From an uncultured Gammaproteobacteria bacterium (GTDB lineage Bacteria > Patescibacteriota > Microgenomatia > Woykebacterales > RBG-16-39-9b): a stretch of 64,000 nt of DNA. The first letter of the stretch is position 1, and each line of letters opens with the position of its first letter. The notes beneath the pieces were generated by a model, which was not told the DNA's origin, searched no databases, and was given only the letters and a program-made list of their open reading frames with translations. The position numbers and the translations under genes are program-made. This document shows positions 28,069 to 37,658 of this stretch, in pieces. The stretch is from NCBI GenBank assembly GCA_964367355.1, contig CAYIWY010000001.1:35307-99306 (forward strand), read 5' to 3'.

Positions 28069-28338
28069 GTGGTAGATGAAAAAGCACCTCTAGACCTGGG
28101 TCGTTTGACCAAAATGGCGGAAGATCTGGCAGAAGAGCTTAATGTTGCGGCCGCAAAGTCTACCGATGCAGAGACTAAACTCAGAGCTGGAAGAGCGGAA
28201 ATTTTTTCAAGAGTTTTGATCCTGACTTTGCAAAAAGACGAAAGAGAGGCAGCTCGTTACGCCGCTGGTTTCGTTGGAGACACCTTGAACAATGTTCTTG
28301 GCGTCTTTGGATTCGAAATAAAGCGAAAGGACAAGTAG
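28069..28338 (+). CDS. hypothetical protein
   Basis: GTG start with SD AAAGGAGAG. 89 aa. Divergent from the 27955 gene. Confidence 0.45.
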   Translation: MVDEKAPLDLGRLTKMAEDLAEELNVAAAKSTDAETKLRAGRAEIFSRVLILTLQKDEREAARYAAGFVGDTLNNVLGVFGFEIKRKDK

Positions 28339-28346
28339 TCATCGTT

Positions 28347-28374
28347 AAACCCCGGAAAATTTTTCGGGGTTTTC
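28347..28374 (+). terminator. Rho-independent terminator
   Basis: AAACCCCGGAAAATTTTTCGGGGTTTT. Confidence 0.7.
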
Positions 28375-28396
28375 ACTTTTCTGTTACTATATTGAA

Positions 28397-28978
28397 GTGA
28401 TAAAAGCAATTATTTTTGATTTCTTTGGGGTGATTTGCCCGGATCTTTATTGGGGATGGTTGAGAAAACAAATTCCGGATCTTGAAAACCAGAGAGGCTA
28501 TTTTCAGGAACTTTCCGACCAGTTTGATTTGGGAAAACTCTCCACAACAGCGCTTATCAGAATTCTTTCCGAAAAAACTTCTGTTAAAGAAGAAAAGGTT
28601 ATTCCTTTTATCGAACAATCGGTTCAGATCGACACTGAAGTAGTCGAAGTAATTAAGTCGTTAAAAAGAAACTACAAAATCGGTTTATTGTCCAATTCTA
28701 ATACTGAATTTATTGAAGGTATTTTGAAAGATCATAATTTGAACGACCTTTTTGACTCGATTGTTATTTCCCAGAAGGTTGGTTTTATAAAACCCCAAAG
28801 AGAAATTTTCGAAATAGCACTTAAAGAACTAAATGTCGAAGCAAGTGAGGTTTTGTTCGTCGATGATCGCGAGAGTAACACTTCGGCCGGCGAAAAACTT
28901 GGTATCAGAGGAATTCTTTATCGAGGTGCCAATACTTTAAAAGAAGAATTAAAACATCAAGAAATCTTAGTTAATTAA
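28397..28978 (+). CDS. HAD-superfamily hydrolase
   Basis: IIFDFFGV (motif I region), LLSNSN (motif II) and FVDDRESN (motif IV). Confidence 0.7.
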   Translation: MIKAIIFDFFGVICPDLYWGWLRKQIPDLENQRGYFQELSDQFDLGKLSTTALIRILSEKTSVKEEKVIPFIEQSVQIDTEVVEVIKSLKRNYKIGLLSNSNTEFIEGILKDHNLNDLFDSIVISQKVGFIKPQREIFEIALKELNVEASEVLFVDDRESNTSAGEKLGIRGILYRGANTLKEELKHQEILVN

Positions 28979-29182
28979 GGCCATCAGTTGAAATATAAAA
29001 TGAAAACCCTTGGAAAACAAAAAGTTCAAAAGTTGTCTACGAAAATTAAATTTTAATTCCAATCTTTTGAGATGAAGTTTATTTTACAGTAAATACTCAG
29101 TTTTGATAGCTACATACAGAAAAAGCTAGACTTTTTTTGGATTTTGTTGTCTAATAGGATTCTATAGGAGGGTCTCTTTACT

Positions 29183-29434
29183 ATGTTTAAACGCTTAAGT
29201 GTCACCACTGCTTTATATTTTGCCTTAGTTTTCTTTGTTGCATCAAGCAGATCATCCCATGCTTACCTGGATCCCGGAAGTGGAAGTTTTGCTTTGCAAT
29301 TTCTACTTGCTGGAGGTTTAGGAGCATTATTCTTTGTTCGCTCTTACTTTTCAAAAGTAAAGAATTTCTTTTTTAGTATTTTTGCCAAGAAAAAAACGGA
29401 CACTGCCCCTACCAAGGGGAAGAATGGCAAGTAG
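29183..29434 (+). CDS. small secreted or membrane protein
   Basis: Signal/TM-like N-terminus and a second hydrophobic segment. Confidence 0.3.
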   Translation: MFKRLSVTTALYFALVFFVASSRSSHAYLDPGSGSFALQFLLAGGLGALFFVRSYFSKVKNFFFSIFAKKKTDTAPTKGKNGK

Positions 29435-30800
29435 ACACCCGGCCTCTTTTCGTGATCCAAGTGGTTTTATATTTCACTCCAAGATTGGACTACTTCGCCA
29501 AATAAACGCTTCTTACCAGAAAAACTACGAAAAACTTATTAGTAGTGGTTTATTCCAAAAATTAGTTACAGAAGGTTTGTTGGTGGATCACAAAGAAGTT
29601 GATCTCAAGCAGTTCTCCCAAAGTAGTGAAGCTTACAAAATTATCCAGCCACAAAAAATTGATTTTATTTCGTATCTCTATGAGTGGAGTTTTGGGCAGT
29701 TGCAAGATGCAGCTCTTCTGACCCTAAAAATCCAAAAAATCGCTTTGGAATTTGGAATGAGTTTAAAAGATGCTAGTGCTTACAACATTCAATTTTTTCA
29801 AGGCAAGCCGATTCTTATCGACACCCTGTCTTTTGAAATTCACAAAACTGATCAACCTTGGGTGGCTTATCGTCAGTTTTGTCAACATTTTTTGGCCCCA
29901 CTGGTTTTAATGTCTTATCTTGACCCGAGACTTTTAAGATTAAATCAGCTTTTTATTGACGGAATACCGTTAGATTTGGCAGCCAAACTTTTGCCTTTTA
30001 AATCAAAACTCAATTTCAATTTATTTCTACACTTACATTTACACGCCTCAAGTCAGAAAAAACATTCCGTCAAAAACAGAAAAATCATAAGAAAAGCTAG
30101 TTTTAGCATGAATTCTTTTATGGGTTTGATCACAAGTTTGGAAAGTAGCATCAAAGGCTTGAAATGGCAACCAAAAGGAACAGAATGGGCGGATTATTAT
30201 GAAGCTAACAATAATTATGAAAAAGCATTGAGTCAAAAAGAAAAGCTGGTTGATGAGTTTTTGAAAGTAGCCAAACCGACTTCAGTCTGGGATTTGGGAG
30301 CTAACACTGGACTTTTTAGCAGATTATCAGCTGACAAAAAAATTTCAACAATATCATTTGATATCGATTTAGAGGCAGTTGAGCTAAATTACAAAGCCGT
30401 TAAGGAACAAGAAGAAAAATTTTTACTGCCGCTTTTTTTGGATTTGACCAACCCTCCTCCAGCCATTGGTTGGAAAAATCAAGAAAGAGAGTCGCTAGTT
30501 GAGCGTGGGCCAGTCGATACAGTCCTTGCTTTAGCTTTGGTTCACCATCTAGTGATCTCAAACAACTTGCCTCTTGAAGAACTGCGTGATTTTTTTGCCA
30601 GTATTTGTTCAAAATTAATTATCGAATTTGTTCCCAAGAGTGATTCACAAGTTAAAAAACTTCTTTCAACCAGAGAGGATATTTTTCAGAATTACGAGCA
30701 AAAAAGTTTTGAAAATATTTTCCGCGAAAAATTCAAAATAGCTAAATCTAGATTAATCCCGAAAACAAAAAGAACACTTTATTTGATGATAAAAATTTAA
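29424..30800 (+). CDS. FkbM-family-like methyltransferase
   Basis: VWDLGANTGLFS is a DxGANxGxxS motif. SD AAGGGGA precedes the ATG at 29424. Confidence 0.5.
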   Translation: MASRHPASFRDPSGFIFHSKIGLLRQINASYQKNYEKLISSGLFQKLVTEGLLVDHKEVDLKQFSQSSEAYKIIQPQKIDFISYLYEWSFGQLQDAALLTLKIQKIALEFGMSLKDASAYNIQFFQGKPILIDTLSFEIHKTDQPWVAYRQFCQHFLAPLVLMSYLDPRLLRLNQLFIDGIPLDLAAKLLPFKSKLNFNLFLHLHLHASSQKKHSVKNRKIIRKASFSMNSFMGLITSLESSIKGLKWQPKGTEWADYYEANNNYEKALSQKEKLVDEFLKVAKPTSVWDLGANTGLFSRLSADKKISTISFDIDLEAVELNYKAVKEQEEKFLLPLFLDLTNPPPAIGWKNQERESLVERGPVDTVLALALVHHLVISNNLPLEELRDFFASICSKLIIEFVPKSDSQVKKLLSTREDIFQNYEQKSFENIFREKFKIAKSRLIPKTKRTLYLMIKI

Positions 30801-30887
30801 CTTTTTAAAAGTTAGTCAGGGAATTTCTCAAATGAACCTCCGAGGGTTAAAACCATTGGTTTCATCTGAGAAGCTTCGTTTTTGATG

Positions 30888-30929
30888 ACAAAAATAAAAA
30901 AGGGTGATAAGGAGAAATTCCCCATCACC
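30888..30929 (-). terminator. Rho-independent terminator for acpP
   Basis: GGGTGATAAGGAGAAATTCCCCATCACCC hairpin with a minus-strand T-run. Confidence 0.6.
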
Positions 30930-30938
30930 CCTACGAGA

Positions 30939-31202
30939 TTACCCATCCTTTATCCCGATTCCTTTTAGATAATCGATCGCGTCCTGAACAGTGAAGATCC
31001 TTTCAGCAGCCTCAATTGCGATTTCAAAGGTCTTTCCGTCTTGGAGAGGGAACTCTTCTTCCACTGTCATTATGAGTTCAACCAGGTCAAGACTATCGGC
31101 GTTGAGGTCGTCAACGAATGATGCGCTGGGAACAACTTGGTCTTCTTCAACTCCAAGTTGGTCGACAACGATCTTGCGAACCCTTTCGAAAACTGTTGCC
31201 AT
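30939..31202 (-). CDS. acpP: acyl carrier protein
   Basis: [19 protein letters not shown] with the canonical DSL Ser. 87 aa. Confidence 0.85.
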   Translation of the reverse strand: MATVFERVRKIVVDQLGVEEDQVVPSASFVDDLNADSLDLVELIMTVEEEFPLQDGKTFEIAIEAAERIFTVQDAIDYLKGIGIKDG

Positions 31203-31378
31203 AAATCTCTCCTAACTAAGTGGCTCTTTTCTTGGTTTGAATTTTAACACACCTAGCAAAATTTGATAACCTGTAGTAAAGGGCTGGCAATAAAAGATGT
31301 TTTCTGCTAGAATTGTCTACTAACTATGGCTAAAAAAGACTTAGATTTTCTTAAAGCGCAAGATTTTGGAGGAACGTA

Positions 31379-31516
31379 GTGACGAAAAAAGATTATCATG
31401 AGGTTTTAGGCGTTGCAAAAAGCGCCTCGGACGAAGAAATAGACTGCTCGTATTCTGTGCCTTTGATGATTACATCAAAGCCGAATACTGTGCATTCTGC
31501 AAACACTTTGTGTTAG
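31379..31516 (+). pseudogene. truncated DnaJ J-domain remnant (45 aa) immediately upstream of dnaJ
   Basis: SD GGAGGA then GTG. MTKKDYHEVLGVAKSASDEEI matches the J-domain N-terminal consensus ([26 protein letters not shown]). The frame then diverges and stops before the HPD motif. Confidence 0.45.
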
Positions 31517-31528
31517 TAAAAAAAGCTT

Positions 31529-32623
31529 ATGAATAAAAGAGATTACTATGAAATTCTAAAAATTTCAAAAAATGCTTCTTCCGAGGAGATTAAGAAAGCG
31601 TACCGTAATTCAGCACGGAAGCATCATCCTGATGTGGATAAAACTTCCGGTGCGGAAGAGCGTTTTAAAGAAATTAACGAGGCTTATCAAGTACTTTCGG
31701 ATCCACAGAAAAAATCAGCTTACGATCAGTTTGGGCATAGTGCATTTTCTGGCGGTGGGGCTCCAGCTGGAAATGGTGGCTATTCTTACGGCGGGCAAGG
31801 TGTAAATGTTGATTTTGATTTTAGTAACTTCCGTGATCCGTTTGAAATTTTTAATGAGTTTTTTGGTGGGGCTTCTCCGTTTGGTGGCAGCACTCGTCGG
31901 GGTGGGCCAAAACGAGGGGAAGATCTTCATTACGAGATAACTATCCCCTTTGAGCAAGCTGCCTTTGGTGTTGAGAAAAAAATTGAAATACCACGCTATG
32001 AAACTTGTAGCGACTGTTCCGGTTCTGGTGCCGAGAGAGGTTCAAAAAAGACTACTTGTAGTACTTGTGCTGGTCACGGCCAAGTTCAGCAGGCAACCAA
32101 TTCAATTCTCGGACAAATTTTAACCAACCGTATTTGTCCTTCTTGTCACGGGGAGGGTGAAGTAGTTGAAAAGAAATGTCCAAAATGTAAGGGGAGTGGG
32201 CGAGTTAAAAACGTCAAGGAAACTGAAATCAAAATTCCAGCTGGAGTTGATGATGGCGATACCGTTCGTTTTGCCAATCTTGGTCAGGCTGGAGAAAAAT
32301 CCGGAAGTTATGGTGATCTTTATATAACAATTAGAGTTGCAGGGCATCGGGATTTTAAGCGAGCCGGTTACAATATTTATCTCGAACAATCAATTTCTTT
32401 TACTCAGGCAGCATTAGGCGATACAATCGAGGTTCCAACGTTAGATGGAACTGTTAAGTTAAAAATCCCTGAGGGGATTCAGTCCGGAACCGATATAAGA
32501 ATAAAAGAAAAAGGAATTAAACATGGAAATAATCGCGGCGACCAGTTTGTCAGAGTAAAAATAATTACCCCAACCAAACTATCCGGGAAACAAAAAGACC
32601 TTTTGAAAGAATTCGAAAGCTAA
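31529..32623 (+). CDS. dnaJ: chaperone DnaJ
   Basis: J-domain with HPD, a G/F-rich region, four CxxCxGxG zinc-finger repeats, and a C-terminal domain. Confidence 0.95.
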   Translation: [364 protein letters not shown]

Positions 32624-32646
32624 TTTATTGGAAGTTAGATAAAGAT

Positions 32647-32688
32647 AGGCAGGCCGTATCGAGAAGATCGATAGAGGGCCTGCTTTTG
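32647..32688 (+). terminator. Rho-independent terminator after dnaJ
   Basis: AGGCAGGCC..GGCCTGCTT followed by TTTG. Confidence 0.6.
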
Positions 32689-32917
32689 ATTGGGACAGGA
32701 ACAGATGGGGTCGTCCAGTTAGGGGCGATCTGTTACTGTCTCGTTGATCGAACGGAGACTAGTTTTCAGTTAGATCAATTTTGGTCGCAGCGCTGGTGGT
32801 TGGTGTGAGTCCAGATATCTTCGGATTTCCGGCAAACCAAGCACCAGCGCCGCTTCTATAAGAGAGCAACATCTGCCCCCGAATAGCTGAAGCAAGAAAA
32901 ACTTGCGGATCTCTCTT

Positions 32918-32992
32918 TGGAGCGGAAGACAGGATTCGAACCTGTGACTTGCTGTTTACGAAACAGCTGCTCTACCACTGAGCTACTTCCGC
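32918..32992 (-). tRNA. tRNA-Thr (anticodon CGU), CCA encoded
   Basis: Reverse complement GCGGAAGTAGCTCAGTGGTAGAGCAGCTGTTTCGTAAACAGCAAGTCACAGGTTCGAATCCTGTCTTCCGCTCCA folds as a cloverleaf with anticodon loop TTCGTAA. Confidence 0.85.
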
Positions 32993-32994
32993 GT

Positions 32995-33070
32995 TGGCGA
33001 CTACGGAGGGATTCGAACCCACGATCCTACGCTGTCAACGTAGTGCTTTAAACCACTGAGCTACGTAGCC
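32995..33070 (-). tRNA. tRNA-Val (anticodon GAC), CCA encoded
   Basis: Reverse complement GGCTACGTAGCTCAGTGG..CTACGTTGACAGCGTAG..GGTTCGAATCCC..CGTAGTCGCCA. The anticodon stem CTACG/CGTAG is perfect, with loop TTGACAG. Confidence 0.85.
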
Positions 33071-33100
33071 TTTACTCCGAAAATTCGGAGGAATCTCTTT

Positions 33101-33176
33101 TGGTGGGGCAGACAGGAGTCGAACCTATAACCTCTTGCACGCAGTGCAATTGCTCTCCCAATTGAGCTACCACCCC
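33101..33176 (-). tRNA. tRNA, probably Ala (anticodon UGC); loop parse ambiguous
   Basis: Reverse complement GGGGTGGTAGCTCAATTGGGAGAGCAATTGCACTGCGTGCAAGAGGTTATAGGTTCGACTCCTGTCTGCCCCACCA. Cloverleaf with T-loop TTCGACT. The anticodon loop ACTGCGT gives UGC but carries C33 and a G3-C70 pair, so the identity is uncertain. Confidence 0.65.
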
Positions 33177-33196
33177 GACCTCTTCACAATCGCAGA

Positions 33197-33261
33197 TTTT
33201 ATTGCTTGCTTGAAGTCTTGTCAAGATAGTCTTGACCAAGAAACCTTTTGGTGGTATAGTG
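33197..33261. promoter_or_regulatory. bidirectional promoter built on a near-perfect palindrome TTGTCAAGAtagTCTTGACca
   Basis: Minus strand: TTGACA, 17 bp, TAAAAT (33225 down to 33197), driving the tRNA operon. Plus strand: TTGACC (33233-33238), 17 bp, TATAGT (33256-33261). Confidence 0.55.
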
Positions 33262-33279
33262 CAAGAAAGTTTAATTAGA
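33218..33279 (+). repeat. 62-bp direct repeat copy A (promoter/operator segment); copy B is at 33905-33966
   Basis: CTTGTCAAGATAGTCTTGACCAAGAAACCTTTTGGTGGTATAGTGCAAGAAAGTTTAATTAG is about 87% identical to copy B. Confidence 0.85.
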
Positions 33280-33283
33280 TGGT

Positions 33284-33321
33284 TTTTAAAAAAAGACGGG
33301 TCTACTTAGTAAAACCCGTCT
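33284..33321 (-). terminator. Rho-independent terminator of the 33329-33784 gene
   Basis: GACGGGT..ACCCGTC hairpin followed by a T-run on the minus strand (plus-strand AAAAAAA at 33289-33295). Confidence 0.65.
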
Positions 33322-33328
33322 CGTGTGT

Positions 33329-33784
33329 TCAGCCACCACCGCGCTCAGATAGCTCAGCAGCAATTCTCTCCAACCTCTCTTGCTCCGGACACTCATGAAG
33401 CAAATATGCGATTCGAAGAACCCGCTCGGCTTCAATTTCGTCGCAGAGAAATTCAGCAAACAGGCATCCTAGAGGAGGCATCCTTTCGAATAGATGAGAA
33501 TCTGCAGCGAAGTACACCACTGCAATTTCCAGATCTTCAGCAGTTCTTAACCATCCTGAAAGAAGCCTTTTGATCTCGGTTCGATCAAGTTCAAGAATTC
33601 TCTTTAGGACGGTTTGTGACTCTTCCGGTAACTCACCTTCGACCATAAGCTCTAATTGCTCATAATCGAAAAGAGTGCCAATAAGACCACTCATCTGTGT
33701 TTGGTGAACAGTAAGTTTGTATCCCAGAACCCGGCTTTTCTTAAATTCGTTCTCGGCTAAAATTCTATCCTTTATACCGGGCAT
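33329..33784 (-). CDS. hypothetical protein, GC-rich (island C), lodged between duplicated promoter copies
   Basis: 151-aa ORF with higher GC than its flanks. Carries its own terminator. No recognisable motifs. Confidence 0.5.
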   Translation of the reverse strand: MPGIKDRILAENEFKKSRVLGYKLTVHQTQMSGLIGTLFDYEQLELMVEGELPEESQTVLKRILELDRTEIKRLLSGWLRTAEDLEIAVVYFAADSHLFERMPPLGCLFAEFLCDEIEAERVLRIAYLLHECPEQERLERIAAELSERGGG

Positions 33785-33904
33785 AGATCTCCTCCTTACT
33801 TAAGAACCTAAGTAAAGTAATTTTAACAGAGCATAAGGTAAAGTCAATACTATGGGGCTAAAATATATTGAAAATAGGTAAGGTGTGGTGATTCTAGCGA
33901 GCTA

Positions 33905-33966
33905 CTTGTCAAGATAGTCTTGACCAAAAAACCTCTTGGTGGTATATTGCAGCTAAAGTTAATTAG
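33905..33966 (+). repeat. 62-bp direct repeat copy B, containing the nusA promoter TTGACC, 17 bp, TATATT (33920-33948)
   Basis: CTTGTCAAGATAGTCTTGACCAAAAAACCTCTTGGTGGTATATTGCAGCTAAAGTTAATTAG. It is followed by two hairpin plus T-run elements (GTGGGAATAAAATCCCAC-TTTTTT; CTTTGCgaaGCAAAG-TATACTTTTTT) in the nusA leader. Confidence 0.8.
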
Positions 33967-34083
33967 CTTGGATTATTAAGTGGGAATAAAATCCCACTTT
34001 TTTGATTCAGATCAAAAAAGCAGTCTTTGCGAAGCAAAGTATACTTTTTTGATTCCAAAGTTTATTTTTAGGAGGAATTTTAA

Positions 34084-35169
34084 ATGGCTTTAAGAACAGA
34101 ATTTGCAGCAGCATTAAATCAAGCAGCGGCCGAGCGTGGAGTTGAGGCCGCCGAAGTAATCGAAATTATTAAAGAAGCAATCAAAGCAGCTTACCGCAAA
34201 GATTACGGTGGGGAGCTCGAAGAACTTGAAGTTGAGCTTGATACCGAACAAGGTGGTGTCAAAGTTTCCAGAAATGGTGAGGATGTTACACCCGATGGTT
34301 TTGGACGAATTGCCGCCCAAACTGCCAAGCAGGTTCTATTGCAAAGAATTCGCGAAGCAGAAAAAGGTGCGATTCTAACTGAGTATGAGAAAAAAGTCGG
34401 AACAATTGTAAATGGAATGATCCAGAGACTAGAAGGTCCGAATGTGGTTGTTGATATTGGTAAAGCAGAAGGGATTATGCCGACTTCTGAAAAAATCCCA
34501 GGTGAGGATTTGCGCTTAAACCAAAGAGTTAAATTTTATATTGTCGGGATAAAAGAATCACAGCGCGGTCAAGACATAATTGTTTCCCGGGCTCACAAAG
34601 GCCTAGTTGAAGGTTTATTTAAACTTGAGGTTCCGGAAATCGGCTCAGGAATGGTGGAAATAAAAGGTATCGCCCGGGAAGCCGGAAGCCGCAGCAAAGT
34701 TGCTGTTTCTTCCCGTCAAGCTGGAGTCGATCCAGTGGGAAGTTGTGTTGGTCAAAAAGGGGTCAGAGTCCAAGCAGTAATTGCTGAACTTGGTAATGAG
34801 AAAATCGATATTATTCAATTCAGTGATGATCCAGCAAAATTTATTGCCACATCTCTTTCCCCGGCTCAAGTTGGTAAAGTTGCTCTCAATGAAGAAGAAA
34901 AAACAGCTCATGTTGAGGTTCCTGAGGATCAACTGTCGTTGGCGATTGGAAAAGATGGTCAAAATGTTCGACTAGCTGCAAAGTTAACTGGTTGGAGAAT
35001 TGATATTAAAGGAGCTGAAGGTTTGGGAAGTTTGAGGGATGAACCTGAGAAAGTAACAAAAAAAGTAGCGGTAAAGGAAAAGAAAACTAAAAAAGTAGTT
35101 GTAAAGAAAAAAACAACTAAGAAAACTATTAAAACCAAGAAAAAGAAATCTGCAGAAAAAGAAGATTAA
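34084..35169 (+). CDS. nusA: transcription termination/antitermination factor NusA
   Basis: S1 and KH domains and a Lys-rich C-terminal tail. Conserved nusA-infB order. Confidence 0.95.
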   Translation: MALRTEFAAALNQAAAERGVEAAEVIEIIKEAIKAAYRKDYGGELEELEVELDTEQGGVKVSRNGEDVTPDGFGRIAAQTAKQVLLQRIREAEKGAILTEYEKKVGTIVNGMIQRLEGPNVVVDIGKAEGIMPTSEKIPGEDLRLNQRVKFYIVGIKESQRGQDIIVSRAHKGLVEGLFKLEVPEIGSGMVEIKGIAREAGSRSKVAVSSRQAGVDPVGSCVGQKGVRVQAVIAELGNEKIDIIQFSDDPAKFIATSLSPAQVGKVALNEEEKTAHVEVPEDQLSLAIGKDGQNVRLAAKLTGWRIDIKGAEGLGSLRDEPEKVTKKVAVKEKKTKKVVVKKKTTKKTIKTKKKKSAEKED

Positions 35170-35196
35170 TAACCAATTTATTCTTGTGGAAAGATT

Positions 35197-36669
35197 TTGG
35201 CAGTGGAACACAAAATTAAAGATACAAAAGCAAATAGCCTTAAGCGAGCTCCAGTGGTTACGATCATGGGGCATGTTGATCATGGAAAAACAACCCTCCT
35301 AGATTACATCCGCAAAACCAAAGTTGCGCAGCGTGAACATGGTGGAATTACCCAACATATCAGTTCCTATCAAGTCGAAAGCGACGGTCAGAAAATAACC
35401 TTTATTGATACTCCAGGCCACGAGGCATTTTCAGCCATGAGGTCAAGAGGAGCTAATGTGACCGATATTGCCATATTGGTTGTTGCAGCTGATGACGGTG
35501 TGATGCCCCAAACCAAAGAATCAATCAGCCATATTAAAGCTGCGAAAACTCCAATGATTGTGGCAATAAATAAAATGGACTTACCCGGCGCAAATGTTGA
35601 CCGAGTTAAGAAAGGTTTAGCTGACAACAGCGTTTTAGTTGAAGGTTACGGGGGAGATGTAGTGGTTGTACCGGTTTCAGCAAAAACTGGTTCTGGAGTT
35701 GATGATTTGTTGGAAATGATAAAACTAGTTGCGGAGATTGCTGAGCTTAAAGATGAAAGCAAAAAGCCGTTTGAAGCAGTGGTGATCGAATCTTCCCTTG
35801 ATAAATTTAGAGGTCCAGTAGCAACTATTTTAGTTAAAAAAGGCAGTGTTAAAATTGGTGATTTTGTTAAAACCCCAACTATAAGTGGGAAAGTTAAAGC
35901 TTTGATTGCTAGTAGTGGTGAGCAAGTTAAAGAAGGCACAGTTTCGATGCCGGTTCAGATCTTGGGTTTGGAAAAAGTACCAGCGGTTGGGGATATTTTA
36001 AACCTTGGAGGTAAATCAGAGATTATTTTTCAGGAAAAAGAAATTACTAGAAAAACCGCTTTAGAAAAACTCGCAGAGCCAAAAACTACGGAAATTAATT
36101 TGGTCATTAAAGCCGATGTTGCTGGCTCACTCGAAGCAATTAGCGCAGCATTAGAAGCTTTGGGGGATAGTGAGCACAAAATTAATATAATCCAAAAGGA
36201 AACCGGGGAAGTGAGTGAATCAGATGTTCTACTAGCAGCTGCGACCAAAGCAATAATTATTGGCTTTAATGTCAAAGTTTCCAAAGCAGCTGAAAAACTT
36301 TCTGATGAAGAGAAAGTGATGATTAGAACTTTCAATATTATTTACCAACTTCTTGACGAACTCAAAGAGGGTTTGGAAATGTTGGTTAATGCTAAAAAAG
36401 AGCAGGTACTTGGAAAAGGAAATGTTATCCAAGTTTTTGATACTAGTTATGGTCGAGTGGCGGGTACAAAAGTTACTGAAGGTCGATTAAATAAAGGTGA
36501 TCGTATTAATCTGTATCGAGATGAGGAACAAATTATCTCAGCAAAAATAAAAACGATCAGGCATCTTCAAGAAGAAGTTAACACGGCCAAAGAGGGTTTG
36601 GAATGTGGGGTTTTGCTTGAAGGAAAAGCCGAGGTTGCAGTCGGTGATATAATTGTAGCGATCGCTTAG
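35197..36669 (+). CDS. infB: translation initiation factor IF-2 (short N-terminus)
   Basis: [20 protein letters not shown] and NKMD G-motifs. Confidence 0.95.
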   Translation: MAVEHKIKDTKANSLKRAPVVTIMGHVDHGKTTLLDYIRKTKVAQREHGGITQHISSYQVESDGQKITFIDTPGHEAFSAMRSRGANVTDIAILVVAADDGVMPQTKESISHIKAAKTPMIVAINKMDLPGANVDRVKKGLADNSVLVEGYGGDVVVVPVSAKTGSGVDDLLEMIKLVAEIAELKDESKKPFEAVVIESSLDKFRGPVATILVKKGSVKIGDFVKTPTISGKVKALIASSGEQVKEGTVSMPVQILGLEKVPAVGDILNLGGKSEIIFQEKEITRKTALEKLAEPKTTEINLVIKADVAGSLEAISAALEALGDSEHKINIIQKETGEVSESDVLLAAATKAIIIGFNVKVSKAAEKLSDEEKVMIRTFNIIYQLLDELKEGLEMLVNAKKEQVLGKGNVIQVFDTSYGRVAGTKVTEGRLNKGDRINLYRDEEQIISAKIKTIRHLQEEVNTAKEGLECGVLLEGKAEVAVGDIIVAIA

Positions 36670-36705
36670 ATCTATGGGTCTAAATGGTTTAAATTAATTA
36701 AGTTT

Positions 36706-37530
36706 ATGCAAGTTAACGTTATAAGTTACTCGTTAAAAGAATTGTTTGAAAAAGCCAAGAATGTTTTGGTTGTTCTGGGAAGTGATGTTAACGAAGACAG
36801 TGGGTCATTGGCTGCGAGTTTGGTCGAAATTTTTTCAGGGTATAGCAAGAATGTTGAGCTTTTGACAAGAGAGGAAATACCCTTGGCTGCTCGCCCGTTA
36901 GTTAAAAGTGAGCAGGTCAAAACCAAAGTTGAGCCAAAAAGTTTAGTTATTAGTTTTGACTGGACCAAAACAGCGCTTGATAAGGTAAGTTATAATCTCG
37001 AAGGCGATAAGTTCAACTTAATAATTCGATCAAAATCAGGAAAACTAGATGCAAAAGATGCTAGCTTTTCTTATAAAGGCAGTGATTGGGATTTAATCGT
37101 AACGGTTGGAATAAAGGACATTAGCGAGTTGGTAAATTTAGGATTTGAGCAAGATAATTTCAATCGTAGTGCCAGTATTAATTTTGATAAAAGTGAAGCC
37201 AACACAAATTTTGCCAAGCTAAATATTGTCAATCCGGAAGCCGAAAGTCTTTGCGGTCTGGCTGTAAGTACCTTTAAAGACTCAGGTATTAAATTACCAA
37301 CCCGGGCGGCGGAAACTATGCTTTTCGGAATTAGGGCTGCAACAAACAACTTTACTTCAGTTTCTGACCCGCAGATTTTTGAAGCAGCTGCTTACTGCAA
37401 GCGTTCAATGATACCGGGGATGGTTACTGAAAACATTGAAATAAAGACTGAAAAAAACGAAAATCAAGAAAAAGACACCCCGGAAGCTTGGCTGTCACCA
37501 AAAATTTTCCGAAGTAACCGAGTGTCCTAA
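36706..37530 (+). CDS. degenerate DHH/NrnA-like protein in the rbfA/nrnA position (uncertain)
   Basis: The position after infB and VVLGSDVNEDSGSLAAS resemble DHH motif I/II, but the catalytic His and Asp residues are not conserved. Confidence 0.3.
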   Translation: MQVNVISYSLKELFEKAKNVLVVLGSDVNEDSGSLAASLVEIFSGYSKNVELLTREEIPLAARPLVKSEQVKTKVEPKSLVISFDWTKTALDKVSYNLEGDKFNLIIRSKSGKLDAKDASFSYKGSDWDLIVTVGIKDISELVNLGFEQDNFNRSASINFDKSEANTNFAKLNIVNPEAESLCGLAVSTFKDSGIKLPTRAAETMLFGIRAATNNFTSVSDPQIFEAAAYCKRSMIPGMVTENIEIKTEKNENQEKDTPEAWLSPKIFRSNRVS

Positions 37531-37592
37531 ATTAATACCGGTTGCCAATTGAACCTAAAACCTGCTATAATCCCGTTAGGGGAAATATCGCA

Positions 37593-37619
37593 CTTGTTTC
37601 GCAGAAGCGATATAATTAA
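37593..37619 (+). promoter_or_regulatory. conserved 26-bp motif CTTGTtTCGCAGAAGCGATATAATTAA upstream of rpsO; second copy at 42991-43017 upstream of ftsK
   Basis: Contains a -10 TATAAT and a short palindrome (T)TCGCagaaGCGA(TA). Both copies seen directly. Confidence 0.5.
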
Positions 37620-37658
37620 ATTGAGAAGAAATCTGCCAACTGAAAAAGTATTAAATAT

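Noticed and set aside
31203-31380. GGGCTGG at about 31283 and CTGCCAAC at about 37635 as extra array units
   Set aside because: These are isolated short matches without the paired head, hairpin and tail structure. They are chance occurrences.
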